Positions 44,181 to 58,180 of a stretch of 64,000 nucleotides of DNA are shown here, piece by piece. How positions within the stretch are numbered: position 1 is the first letter of the stretch; each line of letters starts with the position of its first letter. The notes under the pieces were generated by a model. That model had not been told where the DNA came from and did no database searches. It saw only the letters and a program-made list of their open reading frames with translations. The stretch comes from the human T2T-CHM13v2.0 reference genome, Homo sapiens: assembly GCF_009914755.1 (NCBI RefSeq), contig NC_060927.1; one strand, 5' to 3'. The position numbers were made by a program, and so were the translations under genes.

Positions 44181-45104
44181 AGAATGTTCATCTCAAAGAC
44201 TTTCTAGCTCCAAAAGGATCCACAATCCCAAAAAAGAGAAGGTAGTATTTTCCAATATCCAGTCCCAAGAAGAACTCAGAGACTCAATCAATAGAAATGT
44301 GAAAGCAGTCACCTCCAAGACAAAGAATACTCTGACAAAGTTTGGGACTCTCTGGAGGTAAGTGTCCCGCTGCAAAGAGGTTATTTATATCCCTGAGCCT
44401 CGATCGGCTATTTGTGCAAGGCTGGTAGAGGGGAAGAATGTTTGCCTCGGGAGTTTATTGCAGGCAAATTATCCCTGGAAAATACTGCTGGGAAAGGTGC
44501 TGAACAAACAACATCTACATTTACACAGTTAGATATTCATTAAAACAGAAAATGCCCATTAAATTTAGAGAGATGCTAAGTGCCAGATTCAAGAACAGAC
44601 CAGTGCAGAAAAGTTGGTGCAAATTTCTCCCCATTGTGTACCAGGGATAAGTCAGGTTGCATAGCAATAACTTTTCCCAGGTAACCCTCACTACAAGACT
44701 GTCAAGTGTACCTTGCAAGAAGTGAGTTTTCTTTTTTCCTAAGGAACATAATGAGAAGGTCAGATAGTAGGATTTCAAGCAAGAACAGTAGCAATTACAT
44801 CTGAACAAGGAGTTCACTCTTGATATTCCAATGGGCCCGAATGAAAGTCATCATTTATTTTGACATTATTATTATTTTGACATAAAACATAATCAAACGA
44901 TATTCATGAGCCCTCTCTGTGAACTAAAAACCCATTTTCTGTGTATGTAGACTAGTTGAATCTTGGATTTGAGAATGTACAGAGAAAGGGGGAATTTATT
45001 TATCTCTTTCATTCTTATATAAAACTAGGCCCAGGGAGTTAGGTAACTTTCCCAAGGTCATAAAGCTAAGTGAGATAGCTCCTAATTCCTAATCCATCAA
45101 GCCC

Positions 45105-45267
45105 TCACTACTGAAATTGGGATTCACAGAGCAGTAACAGTTGCAGCATCTGGGAGCTAGTTAGAATTGTGGAATTTCAGGCCCCAACCCAGTTCTGCTG
45201 AATCTTAATATACATTCTAACCAGAGCCACGGTGATATGTATGCATGATAAAGTTAGAGAAGCACTG
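45105..45267. mobile_element. MER5A-like
   Basis: atctgggagctagttagaa...tcaggccccaaccc...aagttagagaagcactg. Confidence 0.7.
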
Positions 45268-45307
45268 CAGCAGGCCATAGTGCCTCCTTAAAGTGACCAC
45301 TGTCTTC

Positions 45308-45592
45308 TCTCTCTTTTTTTTTTTTTTTTTTTTTAGACAGGGTCTCGCTCTGTCACCCATGCTGGAGTGTAGTGGCCCGATCTCGGCTCTCTGCAGCCTC
45401 TACCTCCTGGGCTCAAGCAATCTAGGACCACAAGTAGGCACCACCATACCTGGCTAATTTTTTTATTTTTTCGTAGAGACGGGGTCTTACCACGTGTCCC
45501 AGGCTGGTCTCAAACTCCTGGGCTCTAGCAACGCTCCCACCTCGGTCTCCAAAAGTGCTGGAATTATAGGCATGAGCCATAGCACTCGGCCC
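45308..45592 (-). mobile_element. AluJ with a small internal deletion
   Basis: Long poly-T; ctcaagcaatct|aggaccac deletion junction. Confidence 0.9.
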
Positions 45593-46242
45593 ACTTTCTT
45601 CTTATAGTGGTAGTTTGGGAAACAAGGCCAAAGAAAAGAATAAGTATGTGGCAGATGAGAAAAGAGGTGATAGAAATGTATGATTTGGCAAGCTTGAGAT
45701 ACTTTGGGAAGGTGGAGGAAGGCAGAAAACAATGTGAAGCATGGGAGCTTTGGACTCTGACAGAATCACCAATCTTTGAAGCAAGTTAGAGAAGATTCTG
45801 GATCTAGGAGAAGACAAAAATGAAAAACAAGAGACCAGAAATAAAATCTCCTTTCTTTCCAGTTTCCCATACATGCCTTATTATTAGGAATACAAATGCA
45901 TTTCAATATTAGACTTTAAGAAAAACTAATGGGAAAGGTTAATGCCTGTTTATTCATAATCCAATCCACTCCAAAACACAAATAACCTGCTTTTTTCTGA
46001 GACTTGTAACTAATATTCAGAATGATTACCCTACTCTATGTAAAATCTACAGAGATGAGTTTTTCTTACCATTAGGTTTCACGTAATTTCAGTTATAAGT
46101 AAGTTTTATTTTGATTTTTGAAAAACAGATAATTCATGTGTGATAGCTTCATTTATTTTTAGCTAATTAAAATCCAAATTCCTAAAAGCGGAACAAACCA
46201 CAGAATTATTCTTACGGTATAAGGGATCTTAAAAGCCATCTC

Positions 46243-46539
46243 GGCAGGGCGCGGTGGCTCACGCCTGTAATCCCAGCACTTTGGGAGGCCAAGGCAGGTG
46301 GATCACGAGGTCAGCAGATTGAGACCATCCTGGCTAACACGGTGAAACCCCATCTCTACTAAAAATACAAAAAATTAGCCGGGTGCAGTGACAGGCACCT
46401 GTAGTCCCAGCTACTCAGGAGGCTGAGGCAGGAGATGAACCCAGGAGGCGGAGCTTGCAGTGAGCGGCCATCGCGCCACTGCACTCTAGCCTGGGCAACA
46501 GAGTGAAACTCCGTCTAAAAAAAAAAAAAAAAAAAAAAA
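46243..46539 (+). mobile_element. AluY-like
   Basis: accatcctggctaacacggtg, ggagcttgcagtgagc; TSD aaaagccatctc. Confidence 0.92.
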
Positions 46540-47861
46540 GCCATCTCCTACAGTCATGCATGTAATACCTGAATCCTTCAGACATCTCCGTTCATTGCTG
46601 AGTGCCAGAATCTAGCAGAGTGCTTGAAATTACTTGGGTACCCAGTAAATATTTGCTGAATGAATGAATAAATCTCTAGCAAATTTTCTTCCAGCTCTTG
46701 AACTATGAACTCAGAGACCCCATTACTTTGTGGGAAAGATCTCCTTATTAGAAATTATTTGTTAATACTCTGCTAAATCCTACCTCTCTGCAATTCATAT
46801 CTTGTCCCTCTTGTTCTGGCCAAACCAAATCTGCTTTCTTCTCCTACATGACCTCCCTTCAGCTATAAGCAATTACAATGCCTTCTCAATCCATACATAT
46901 ATTGCTTTTGTCTCTGTGCATAATGCAGGGTTGACTCATAATAGATATGAAGTTTATGGTCAATTTTTGCCATAAGCCTCCTTTGACTTTTCATGTCTGC
47001 ATCAAAGATTGATGGAAAACATATTCAAACCTCAATCCAGGAATTTTGGGTTCTTTGGGTTTCATGATGAATGGTTTCTAGTTGTTTTGTATTCAAGACA
47101 GTTGAGGCAAAGGATAAACATAAATCAGCAGGGGATAAGTATTTTAAGATACTTCTGTCAAAAGGCTGCCCAGCCCCATTCATCTCTTCCTTTTCCCCCC
47201 GTCTACAGCTTTAGGCCCTGTTACAAAGAACCTCAGCGATTCCAATTCCCTGAGTTCAATTTTTAGGGCGGTATATTATGATTGATTTCACCATGAGCTA
47301 ACAGAGAGGGAAAATCCACTGGGTCTCCCTGTTGTGTCGACTTGGTCTCACTGTGAAGCCCCATTTATTCCAGCAGGCAAGTACTTGACCTTCACAGATC
47401 TTTAGCACACTTAGCATTCTGCCCAAAACCGCCAGCAAAGCATTTCACCTGAGAATATCATTACTGCTGAGAGAAAAGAATCGCACGTGTGTTCTGGGAG
47501 GATTTCAAAGAAAACCTGGGGAAAAGAGGGGTGGATGAAAGAGGAAAGGAAACAAGGCAGAGAGGGAAGGCAATGATTAAAACGTGCAGAAATGAAGGGA
47601 GATGGTAAGAACAGAAGAGGGAGCAGCACAAAAATGGGGAGCTTTCAGAGACTATGGAGGTAAAGGAAAAAGAGGGAGCCACAGTCTAAAAAAAGATGGA
47701 GAGTGATGGAGCCTCCAGTAGAGAGAGGCGAGGGGGGGAAAGGTGAATGGAGAAGTCTTTAGTACTTTCCAACCTTCCACATGAAATCAACACTGTCAGC
47801 ATATGAAAAAGTAGAACAAAAAGTCGGTAGTTATAGATAGCACCAAGACTCTTGGAATTTC

Positions 47862-48729
47862 TTTTTTTTTTCTAATTATACTTTAAGTTCTAGGGTACAT
47901 GTGCACAACGTGCTGGTTAGTTACATATGTATACATGTGCCATGTTGGTGTGCTGCACCCAGTAACTCGTCATTTAACATTAGGTATATCTCCTAATGTT
48001 ATCCCTCCCCCTTCCCCCCACCCCACAACAGGCCCCAGTGTGTGATGTTCCCCTTCCTGTGTCTGTGTGTTCTCACTGTTCAATTCCCACCTATGAGTGA
48101 GAACATGCAGTGTTTGGTTTTTTGTCCTTGCAATAGTTTGCTGAGAATGATGGTTTCCAGATTCATCCATGTCCCTAAAAAGGACATGAACTCATCATTT
48201 TTTATGGCTGCATAGTATTCCATGGTGTATATGTGCCACATTTTCTTAATCCAGGCTATCGTTGTTGGACATTTGGCTTGGTTCCAAGTCTTTGCTATTG
48301 TGAATACAAACAACCCCATCAAAAAGTGGGCAAAGGATATGAACAGACACTTCTCAAGACATTTATGCAGCCAAAAGACACATGAAAAAATGCTCATCAT
48401 CACTGGCCATCAGAGAAATGCAAATCAAAACCACAATGAGATACCATCTCACACCAGTTAGAATGGCGATCATTAAAAAGTCAGGAAACAACAGGTGCTG
48501 GAGAGGATGTGGGGAAATAGGAACACTTTTACACTGTTGGTGGGACTGTAAACTAGTTCAACCATTGTGGAAGTCAGTGTGGCGATTCCTCAGGGATCTA
48601 GAACTAGAAATACCATTTGACCCAGCCATCCCATTACTGGGTATATACCCAAAGGATTATAAAACATGCTGCTATAAAGACACATGCACACGTATGTTTA
48701 TTGTGGCACTATTCACAATAGCAAAGACT
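47862..48729 (-). mobile_element. L1PA4-like short insertion with twin-priming inversion
   Basis: poly-T and 3' end on the minus strand to about 48306, inverted block 48306-48729; TSD aagactcttggaatttctt at 47845 and 48724. Confidence 0.95.
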
Positions 48730-49874
48730 CTTGGAATTTCTTGATCAAAAATCAAGGCCCACATAAATCATCTACCTAATCTTTCATTTTTTTATAGGTG
48801 AGAAATCTGAATCTTAGAAAAGGCAAAGTTTTTAACTCTGCTAGCAGATGCTTGGTACCAGAGCCGAGATAATAAATGTCTCACCTAAAAAGCTGTTTGA
48901 CAGAATTTATGGTCTTTTTCTAGCCATTTTGAAAATGACAAAAGCTATGTGCCACACCTACATAAAAATTATTTTAGAAAATAAACTATTGCCACATACA
49001 GTGACTAACTTATTGTACAGAACCAGATGCTTCCTTATAACAGTCATGATACAGGATGCAGATAAAAAGAACTACCTACCACCACCACCCTCTTTTGCTG
49101 TATACCTAACCCAGCAGAATGATCATATCAATCGGAGATGGAAATAGTCCTATAATAAGCAATAATTTCCCCTTCCCTGATCTTAAGTTCGTCAGCTAGC
49201 CATTAGGCCTTCTAAATATGATGGCTCAGCAGGAATCAGCTAATGACCCTTTTTTTTCCACCTGAAGATAAGCAGCTCCGCACTATGCTAGGAAATCACA
49301 TTTAGCTCTATTCAGGGAAATTGAGGTTGCATGAAATATAAGCTTCCTTTGGCACATTTTAAAAAAATGAAGCATTTTTAACTAAGTTTAATCACAATGT
49401 TGAATATCAGCATTTCCGTACATAGGTATAGCTCCTACCCACTCCTTTGAACAAACATTTCTTTTAATCTAATCTGAAATCTTTGAATGCAGAATTAAAT
49501 TTCACCCTAGCTAATCAGGCGAAGAAAAGCTGCTGTTGAGAAAAGGGATAAGATAAATATCTTTCTCATAAGCCATCATCATTTGCAGAATTTCTCACCC
49601 AAGAGATGGGGGTTGATTTTTTTATTGGCAGTTTTCATATAGTTACAAGTAGTGTTTCATGGATTGTTTTATAGAAGTTCTTTGCTTCAGTTTAGTAGGT
49701 GGAAAATAAGCAATAGTAATCTTCTGGGTCAAAGTGCTTAGGCAGATGAGCTATTTCCTCAGAATCACCTAGAAAACTCCTACCTCACAAGAAGTCATTT
49801 TATGTCCATATGTGCAAGTGGTTATTTTCTTATTCCCCTTCCTATCCCTCCCACACAAAAGGGCTAGTGCAGAA

Positions 49875-50093
49875 ATGAGCAAAGTTTCCTGTGATGGACA
49901 GGACAATAAATATTTTAGCCTTTGCAAGCCATGCACTCCTTCTTACTACAACTCATCTCTGACATTGTAGTTCAAAAGCAGCCACAGTATACAAACAAAT
50001 GGTAATGGCTATGTTCCAGTGAAATTTTCTTTACAAAAACAGTCAATGGACCACATTTGATCCACAAACTAGAACACAGTTTACTAATCCTGG
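49875..50093. mobile_element. MER58A (hAT-Charlie)
   Basis: aaatattttagcctttgcaagcca...ggctatgttccagtgaaa...ttacaaaaacag. Confidence 0.75.
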
Positions 50094-51412
50094 CCTAAAA
50101 ACATTAGCAACTTCCTAAACTAGATCTCTATAGACCCATAAGGCAGAAATCACCAAATCTCACATTTGGAAGGACCTTTACACAAGGGTCATATCAACTG
50201 TGCGTTTACTTACCCAAATTCAATTCTACATGCTGTAAGTTCAAAAAGAGAAAGGGAAAGAGAAAAAAACTTAACAATTTAAAGAGCATAGGACATTAAC
50301 CTATCATCCCATTTAGTTGAATTTATGCCCTGGTACGAGAGAGACCTGAAGTTAGAGGAGTGAAATCTCACGTTTCAACAATCATTCACAGTTCCTAACG
50401 CTGGATTCTCTGGAGTTCCTTAAGAGCTCTGGAACTCTCTGGAACTTTCCTCACATGAGCGTTTTGCCCTACAGAGAGGTGTTCTTGTTGTAGTGTTTAA
50501 AGATGCTGTATTACTTTCTTACTATGGGACTCATAAACTACTTCATCTGGTGCTCAAATAAATTAACAGCAATCATGTCCAGCCCTGGAGGGGAAAGAAG
50601 AATCACTGAACCTACTGAGAGCATTTACAGCCCCATAATGGAGTCTTCTTGAGGGATTTTTCAAAGGTAATTCTGACTATACACCATTTTCTCCTTAAAC
50701 ATGCACTTCAAAACCTTATTCAGCATAGGATTCAATGCCAGTATACCTAGCCCAGCCCTACTCAATCTACTCAATGCTTGCAACACCTCTACCACATCCC
50801 CACATGGTCACTGAGCCAACATAATGACACAGTCACCATAATAGGAAGCTAATGACTTCTGGAGGCAACATGTTCCTCTTTGAACCACGTCATTAGGAAT
50901 TTCTTCCTCAGACTGCGCCAATATATCTGTCCTTCCAAAATTTTGCATGTACTATAGATAATCCCCAAACAGGAAGCAACCATCCCCACTTGGCACAATT
51001 AAAATCTATGGCCATATACTACTATCTCGAAAATTCACTGATATTGCAATTTGGGGTGAGGAAGACTGGTAGTTTCCTACACATGGGCTTGCTCCCTGGC
51101 CTGTGGACGTGTAGTCCTAGAGGTGCCTAGAGGTAAAGCAGAGTGGTGATGAATAGGGGCCAACGAAGTTCTGCTTGTTTCAGTTGATGCCATGTCTGAG
51201 CCACTGATTTACTTGTTATAAGAAATGCATCACCTCAATGGGTACATATTTATAACAGTTGATTTCATTTGCATATCTTCCATATTTAAATTTTAGCCTC
51301 TGGAGATTTGGTTTACTGATTTATAGGTTTAAATATGAAAAACAAAGTTTAGTGAATTCTGCTGCTAAACAAATATCTTAAGATTAGTAATTGTTCTGAT
51401 AATTATCTCAAC

Positions 51413-52012
<600 letters not shown>

Positions 52013-52489
52013 TTCAACTTTATTTTTAATAAGAAAAAGAAGCAACAGTGATACCACTATGAAAAGATGCACTGGGAAGTTTGGGCATGCTTTTGTATCA
52101 TCATAGCTGGGCTGAGGAGTATATTGCTGCCCCAGACAAAAAGAGCTCCATCTCTTCTGTTCTTAGGAGCTCAGGGAGGTAGCAACCAGATAGGAGGAGA
52201 CCCCTGATATTACCAGGTTCCATAGGCTTTAGCTGTCTCCCTGTGCCCCAAAACGGCCAGCAAACTCTTTCTGCTCTCTTCGAAAGTGACAGACTATTTC
52301 CTCTGGAACACCAAGGGGACAAATGGCCTTCACACCTGAAGTCCAATGTACAGCCTGCTTCGTCACACTTCAACAGAGGATTAACGTCTGGTGGGGGCCT
52401 CATCTTTTAGAATCGCTGTTCTCAAGAAACAGTGTAGCACAGTCTGTCAGTCTAGGGGTTTCATGCAACAGAGAACAAGCAAACACATG

Positions 52490-52880
52490 ACTATACACAC
52501 ACACATACATGCAAATATATATTTAAACACATATAAGGAAATGTATAATGAATATAAATATATATATCAACATATAATAGATAAACATTAAAATATAGAT
52601 ATTTATACATGTAAATATGGAGTGCTGCTGCTAGTCTGGGGTGCTTCTCCCTACAGGGAAGAAGAAAAACATAAATATACATACATAATATATATATATA
52701 CATGTGTGTATATATATGTATATATGTGTATATATGTATATGTATATATGTATATATATGTGTATATATGTATATATGTATACATGTGTATATATGTATA
52801 TATGTATATATGTGTATATATACGTATATATGTGTATATATATACGTATATATGTATATATGTGTATATATATGTGTGTG

Positions 52881-52924
<44 letters not shown>

Positions 52925-52925
52925 C
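52490..52925. repeat. Compound (TA)/(TATATG)n/(CA)n microsatellite
   Basis: Visible directly; it explains the Y/I/H/T-rich ORFs in the track. Confidence 0.95.
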
Positions 52926-52937
52926 AAGTATATAGAG

Positions 52938-53160
52938 CAGAGGTGTCGAAACTTTTGGTTTCCCTGGACCACACTGGAAGAAGAAGAATTGATTTGGGCC
53001 ACACACAAAATATGCTAATAATAGCTGATGAGCTAAAAAAAAAAAAAAATCACAAAAAAATCTCATAATGTTTTAAGAAAGTTTATGAATCTGTGTTGGG
53101 CCACATTCAAAGCCAACCTGGGCTATATGCAGCCTGTGGGCCATGGGTTGGACAAGCTTG
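52938..53160 (+). mobile_element. MER30 (hAT-Charlie)
   Basis: Complete element with perfect 8-bp TSD atatagag. Confidence 0.92.
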
Positions 53161-53615
53161 ATATAGAGAAAAGATGCACTGGGACAGGTACGACAACTCC
53201 AGGCATAACTGACCTTCCCATGTAAGCATGGTAAATAGCCATTTCTATCATCTCAAAATTCTCCTGTACTTGCTGGATGGTTTCTGAAATCCTGCTAATG
53301 GGAAACAATGACCTTTGTTCCCCAATTCAGTTCAAGTATTAATATGATGAAAATACAAGCATTCATAATGTAACCTCACATCAATATCTAAATAACCAAT
53401 ATTCCCGAGACCAGACTATGGGCCATAAAGGTTAATAAAGATTAGGATCATACAGAAGCACTACACTGGGGAAGGGAGCAGTGCAAAGAACACAGAACTG
53501 GAAAAATTTTAATGTTTGAAATGAACTTAGAAATTTGCCTGGCACAAAGCAGTGAGAGATAGGAAAGGGTTTATTCAAGAAGTCACTTTCTGGACAGTCT
53601 AGAAGAGCAGTCTGG

Positions 53616-53926
53616 ATTTTGTTTGTTTATTTGTTTTTTGAAACAGGGTCTCGCTCTGTTGCCCAAGCTGGAGAGCAGTGGTGCAATCTCAGCTCACTGC
53701 AACCTCCACCTCCCAGGCTGAAGCAATCCTCCCACCTCAGCCACCCGAGTAGCTAGAACTACAGGCACAGGCCCCAACACCCGGATTTGCTTTTTTTTTT
53801 TCTTTTTCTTTTTCTGATGTCTCGTCATAGTGTCCAGGCTGGTCTCAAACTCCTGGGCTCAAGTGATCCTCCCTCCTCAGCCTCCCACAGTGCTGGGATT
53901 ACAGGCATGAGCCACCGTGCCTGGCC
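53616..53926 (-). mobile_element. AluJ
   Basis: Reverse dimer with J-type ctcctgggctcaagtgatcctcc. Confidence 0.9.
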
Positions 53927-54444
53927 CAGTGTGGTTTCTAAAACAGAAGTGACAGTATGTGGATCAGCTCCATAACTTATCTCATACATGAGCTTCAATA
54001 CAAATAACTTACTTCTATAAATCAAACTGTCTACACTTGGCTAGACCAATGCTTCATGCAGCCCAAGGCTGTCCTGAGGCTAGTAACAACCATTAATTCA
54101 GCCCACCTTCTGCACCCAACCCCACCTCTCAAACAAAACCCCAGACACTTAACTCCAAAAGCGCTATTGAGTAATATCATTGTTACTGATGGACTCATGG
54201 ATAGACAGAAGAAAACATTTTCAGAATACCTTATACATCCCTAGTCTCTCTCCCTGGCAGAGATATTTGGTATCTGGTCAGCTTGCAGTCTCCACCCAAC
54301 ACAATAAAAGCTAGTTGTTTGGCATAAGCTAAGCAAAAAGCCTGGTCCTAAACCAAGCCCTATTCTTCTGAGAACTGCAAGCGAGCTCTCAGAACCCTGC
54401 AAAGTTACAGCTACAATCACTTCTGATCCTCAAAAAGTTTAATG

Positions 54445-54505
54445 GATACATATATCAAAACATCATGTTGTACACCGTAAATACATACAATAAAATTTTT
54501 AAAAA
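54445..54505 (+). mobile_element. L1MA extreme 3' tail
   Basis: catatatcaaaacatcatgttgtacaccgtaaatacatacaat. Confidence 0.6.
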
Positions 54506-54543
54506 ATTGAGCAGAAACATATATTTGATCAATTACTTGAGGA

Positions 54544-54850
54544 TTTTCTTTTTTTTCTTTTTTAGAGACAGGATGTAACTCTGTTGCCCAGGCTGGAATG
54601 CAGTAAGCAATCATAGCTCACTGCAGCCTCGAACTCCTGGAATCAGCAATTCTGCCACTTTAACCTCTCAAGTAGCTAGAACTACAGGCACATGCCACTA
54701 TGCCGAGCTAATTTTTTATTTTTATTTTTTGTAGAGTTAGGATCTTCCTATATTGCCCCAGCTGGTCTTGAATGCCTGGCCTCAAGCAATCCTCCCATGT
54801 TGGCTTCCCAAAGTGCTGAGATTACAGGTGTGAGCCACAATGCCCCGACT
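54544..54850 (-). mobile_element. AluJ
   Basis: atcatagctcactgcagcctcgaactcctgg...gtgagccac. Confidence 0.9.
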
Positions 54851-55744
54851 TGTAGGTGTTTTTTTTTTTACTGTATTTCCAGTTTTTCCACTGTTCAATG
54901 ACAGAGGAACTCCTTATAAATAAAAAATATATTCAAGCCCTAAAAAATATTAACTTTCTTATTTACCATTTTCATTTTCACTTTTTGCCTATGGATTTCA
55001 GTTAAAAACTGGTGTTATTTCCTTATTTCAACATAACTACATTACCATTCACCTCCTTTGTATAGTTATTGTAAAACATATTCCATTTCTGTATGTTATA
55101 TTCAGCAACATGATTGTATAGAAATTATTGTTGCCTACAATTGCTTTTAGAATAATTTAATATAAAATTTTTTAAAGAAATATATTTTTAAGTCTGTTAG
55201 GAGGCAGGGAGGTCAAGTTCCATCTTTATCTTACTGAGGAAATTGGAGCTTAGGTTAGGACTCCCGCCTAAGGCATCAGATCTGTTTGCACAATTTGGAC
55301 AACAATCCACCCATTCATTCCTTCAACTTGCAAAGAGTCAGGCAGTTGGGGCTAGTGACCCAAGTCTAGTTGAACACTGTAACATGGACTATGGCAGAAT
55401 TAAATGGAATGGCATAGCACCAAACCTAGACTGAGATGTCCAGAAAGGTTTCTCAGAGGAGGAGGTGACTCCTGAGCTACATGTGGTAGAATGTGTGGAG
55501 GTATCCAGGAAGTGGGGCAGAGCTACTCCAGAAAGAACTGGCAACATGGAGAAAGGCATGATGGTGGATTCTGGGTCTGAATTACAGTGTTTTTATTCTC
55601 CTTCACAACCATCACATAAAGTGACTCTAATCCTGGGGAAACTAACCTCACCAGGAACCCACTAGGAAGCTTTCCACCCATCAATGGAATTTCATTCATT
55701 TTTCATTTATTCACTTAAAATTTAAAGAATTACCACTCCAGCAT

Positions 55745-56000
55745 GAATAATAAGATAGTTAACACTTATTGGGCACCAACTATGTTCCAGTCACTTTGCA
55801 TACATTATTTCATCTGATCCTTGCCACAAACCTACAAGCTGGGGACTATTATCTCTGTTTTATAGATGAATAAATGAGTTTCATTGCCATTAAGTGAGTT
55901 ATCAAAGGTCACATAGCTATGAAGTAACTGAAACAGAATTCAACCTCTCGTTGATCTGTCCCCCAAACCTGGGCTCTTTTGAGGCATCCACACTGCCTCA
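55745..56000 (-). mobile_element. MIR
   Basis: aacacttattgggcaccaactatgttccag...ttttatagatgaataaa...aaggtcacatagcta. Confidence 0.8.
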
Positions 56001-56639
56001 TTCATCTATTCAAAAAAATATTTCTTGATTGCCTACTGTGTGCCCTCTGCTGAAGAAAACAGGTCCATAGACTGATAATTTTTAAATAAGAGTTTTTCTA
56101 AGAACTGCATTGTAGGAGGAAAGATGAGGATGCTCACCAGCCAATATCTGGGCAACCACCGCATCCCACTTCCAGAATACATCAAAATTACAGCTTTTTT
56201 TGATATATGACTGCAACTTGAAGTAAGACCCTCTCTGAAAATTGTCATATGGTCAGCAAGGAAGGAGATCACTGTAAACTCAGGTAAGGGAAAACTGCTG
56301 GGGCTCAGCAGAGAAAGGAGATGTACCTTTTAGTTTTATGTTGGCAGACTTCAAAAAGGCAATATGAAAGGAACATAGGTGACATTCATTCAAAGGGGTG
56401 CACAGGGTTTGCTGAGGAAGACATTAGGGACCTATCATCTTGTTGAGACATCAACCTTCTTTCTATAGCTCCTGACATGAGGCATGCTTTTGTGATGGAG
56501 GGCTGACTTTCTCACCCCTGCAGGCCAGTCCTATGCCAATTAAGGTACTGTGCTTAGGTTCATGTGCAGAGGAAGGAAGCCCTGTGGTATTAATGACATG
56601 AAACAGGTATGGTAGATATTTGCTGCCTAGATTCAGACA

Positions 56640-57085
56640 CTCTTTCCATGTTTGAGGAATCTCCACTTAATGAGTCCTAATGAGGGAAGGGGAGCAAAAA
56701 TTCCTTCTTCATATGAATGGAAAATGCTACGTACTTGCTTTTCCCAGCTCCTTTAGGCATGCGATGTTCTCATGTCAAACACGGACGTAGGAGCTTTGAA
56801 GCAAAATGAAGGAGATAAGGGACGGCTCCTTCCCTCCTGGCAGCAGTAAGTTACAGAAAAACCACATTCATGGTGAGAAAATAGCGGCAGTACAAACTTC
56901 CAAGATTTAGTGGTGGCAGCAGCAATTTTCTCTTCAGATCAGTTCTATGATGTGATTTGGGGCTCAGCTTTAAACCTGGCTCCTAGCCTTCACAACAAAT
57001 CTGTTTCCCAACATTAATTTAGTAAACTCTTTCATGCTTAAGCAGCCAGAATCAGCCTCTGTTGATTACAGATATGAACCCTGTC
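56640..57085 (+). mobile_element. Old ERVL LTR (LTR33/LTR41-like, name uncertain)
   Basis: cttttcccagctcct...cagttctatgatgtgatttgg...gtaaactctttcatgcttaagcagccaga...gaaccctg. Confidence 0.45.
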
Positions 57086-57699
57086 AGTCCGAAGCATCCC
57101 TGAACCTCTTCTTCTTGTAACATCACACCATTTCCAGAGGGGAAATGCCCTAACATCAAATTAAACCCAGGACCAAAAATCAATTTGCCCATCAAAGAGG
57201 CTCCCCAAGACCTTCCCCTCCACAGATACTCTTCATAATCAAACACCAAGCTAATCATGGTGTCCCTTTCCCCTGAACACAGTAATTACCCCAGGTATAA
57301 CACTTGACCAAAGCTGGGCCCAGCAGTCTAGTTAGGAATTTTGTTTTTCATCTGAAAGAAAGAAAGAAACCTTGCACACCAGAGTACAAAAGTAACTTGG
57401 CTTATGAAATTTAAAGTATAAAACAGCAAAATGCCATTGCCTTCCCACCACCATAAAGTAGCCTGGTCCTGTACATCTGACTTAAGGGTTCCTGCAGAAC
57501 AGAAGAAAGGAGTCATAGGAATTTTAATCTAGCCTGTCTCTCAAATTTGACAAATGAAAAACACAAGGCCTGCAGAAGGGAAACAACTTGCAACAGGTCA
57601 CACAACTTTTATAAACTGGAATGAAAATTCTCTCCATCTCCTGCCAACACTCCTGTACTCTTTCTATCTCCTACCATGTTTCAACTTTGTAGAACTAAT

Positions 57700-58180
57700 T
57701 AGTACCTAATCTAACGTTATCTATATTTGCTAGAATGAAGGCTCTATGAGAGCAGGGGTTTTCTGGTTTGTTCCCCACTATATCTTCAATGTATAAAACA
57801 GTATCCAATACAGTTCTTCCTACACAACTGGAACAGAAAGGCATCTATCAATAATTGGTTTTATTCAAACAGAAGTAGACTCTAGAATTGACCACTTCTA
57901 CCTTGTCACCAAGCTAAAAACTGTTTAGTTTTCTGGGTGTTAATCCCACAAGAATGATATTTCTATATTTAAGTCATATATCCCATGCTGTATTTTGTAT
58001 TTGCACTCTCTGGGCCTGGCAGCCCTGCCCAATACCTGGAGTAAGGAAATTTAATAGACTATAGAAAAGCATTTATTTCATTTAATCTATTGCCCTAATT
58101 GCTAGACAACCCAAGCGAATTCAATCCATTTGAGTTCAACTCAAAGAGTGTATCTCAGTGAATATTTTAAATAAATTAAT
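57700..58180 (+). mobile_element. L2 3' end split by a 336-bp duplicated insert
   Basis: ctagaatgaaggctctatgagagcagggg...aacagtatccaatac|insert|tatctcagtgaatatttt. Confidence 0.6.
57813..58148 (+). repeat. Local duplicate, copy A (partner at 59074-59408)
   Basis: Colinear with copy B, roughly 85% identical by eye. Confidence 0.92.

Noticed and set aside
52491-53068. Overlapping 77-191-aa ORFs
   Set aside because: Translations of microsatellite sequence.
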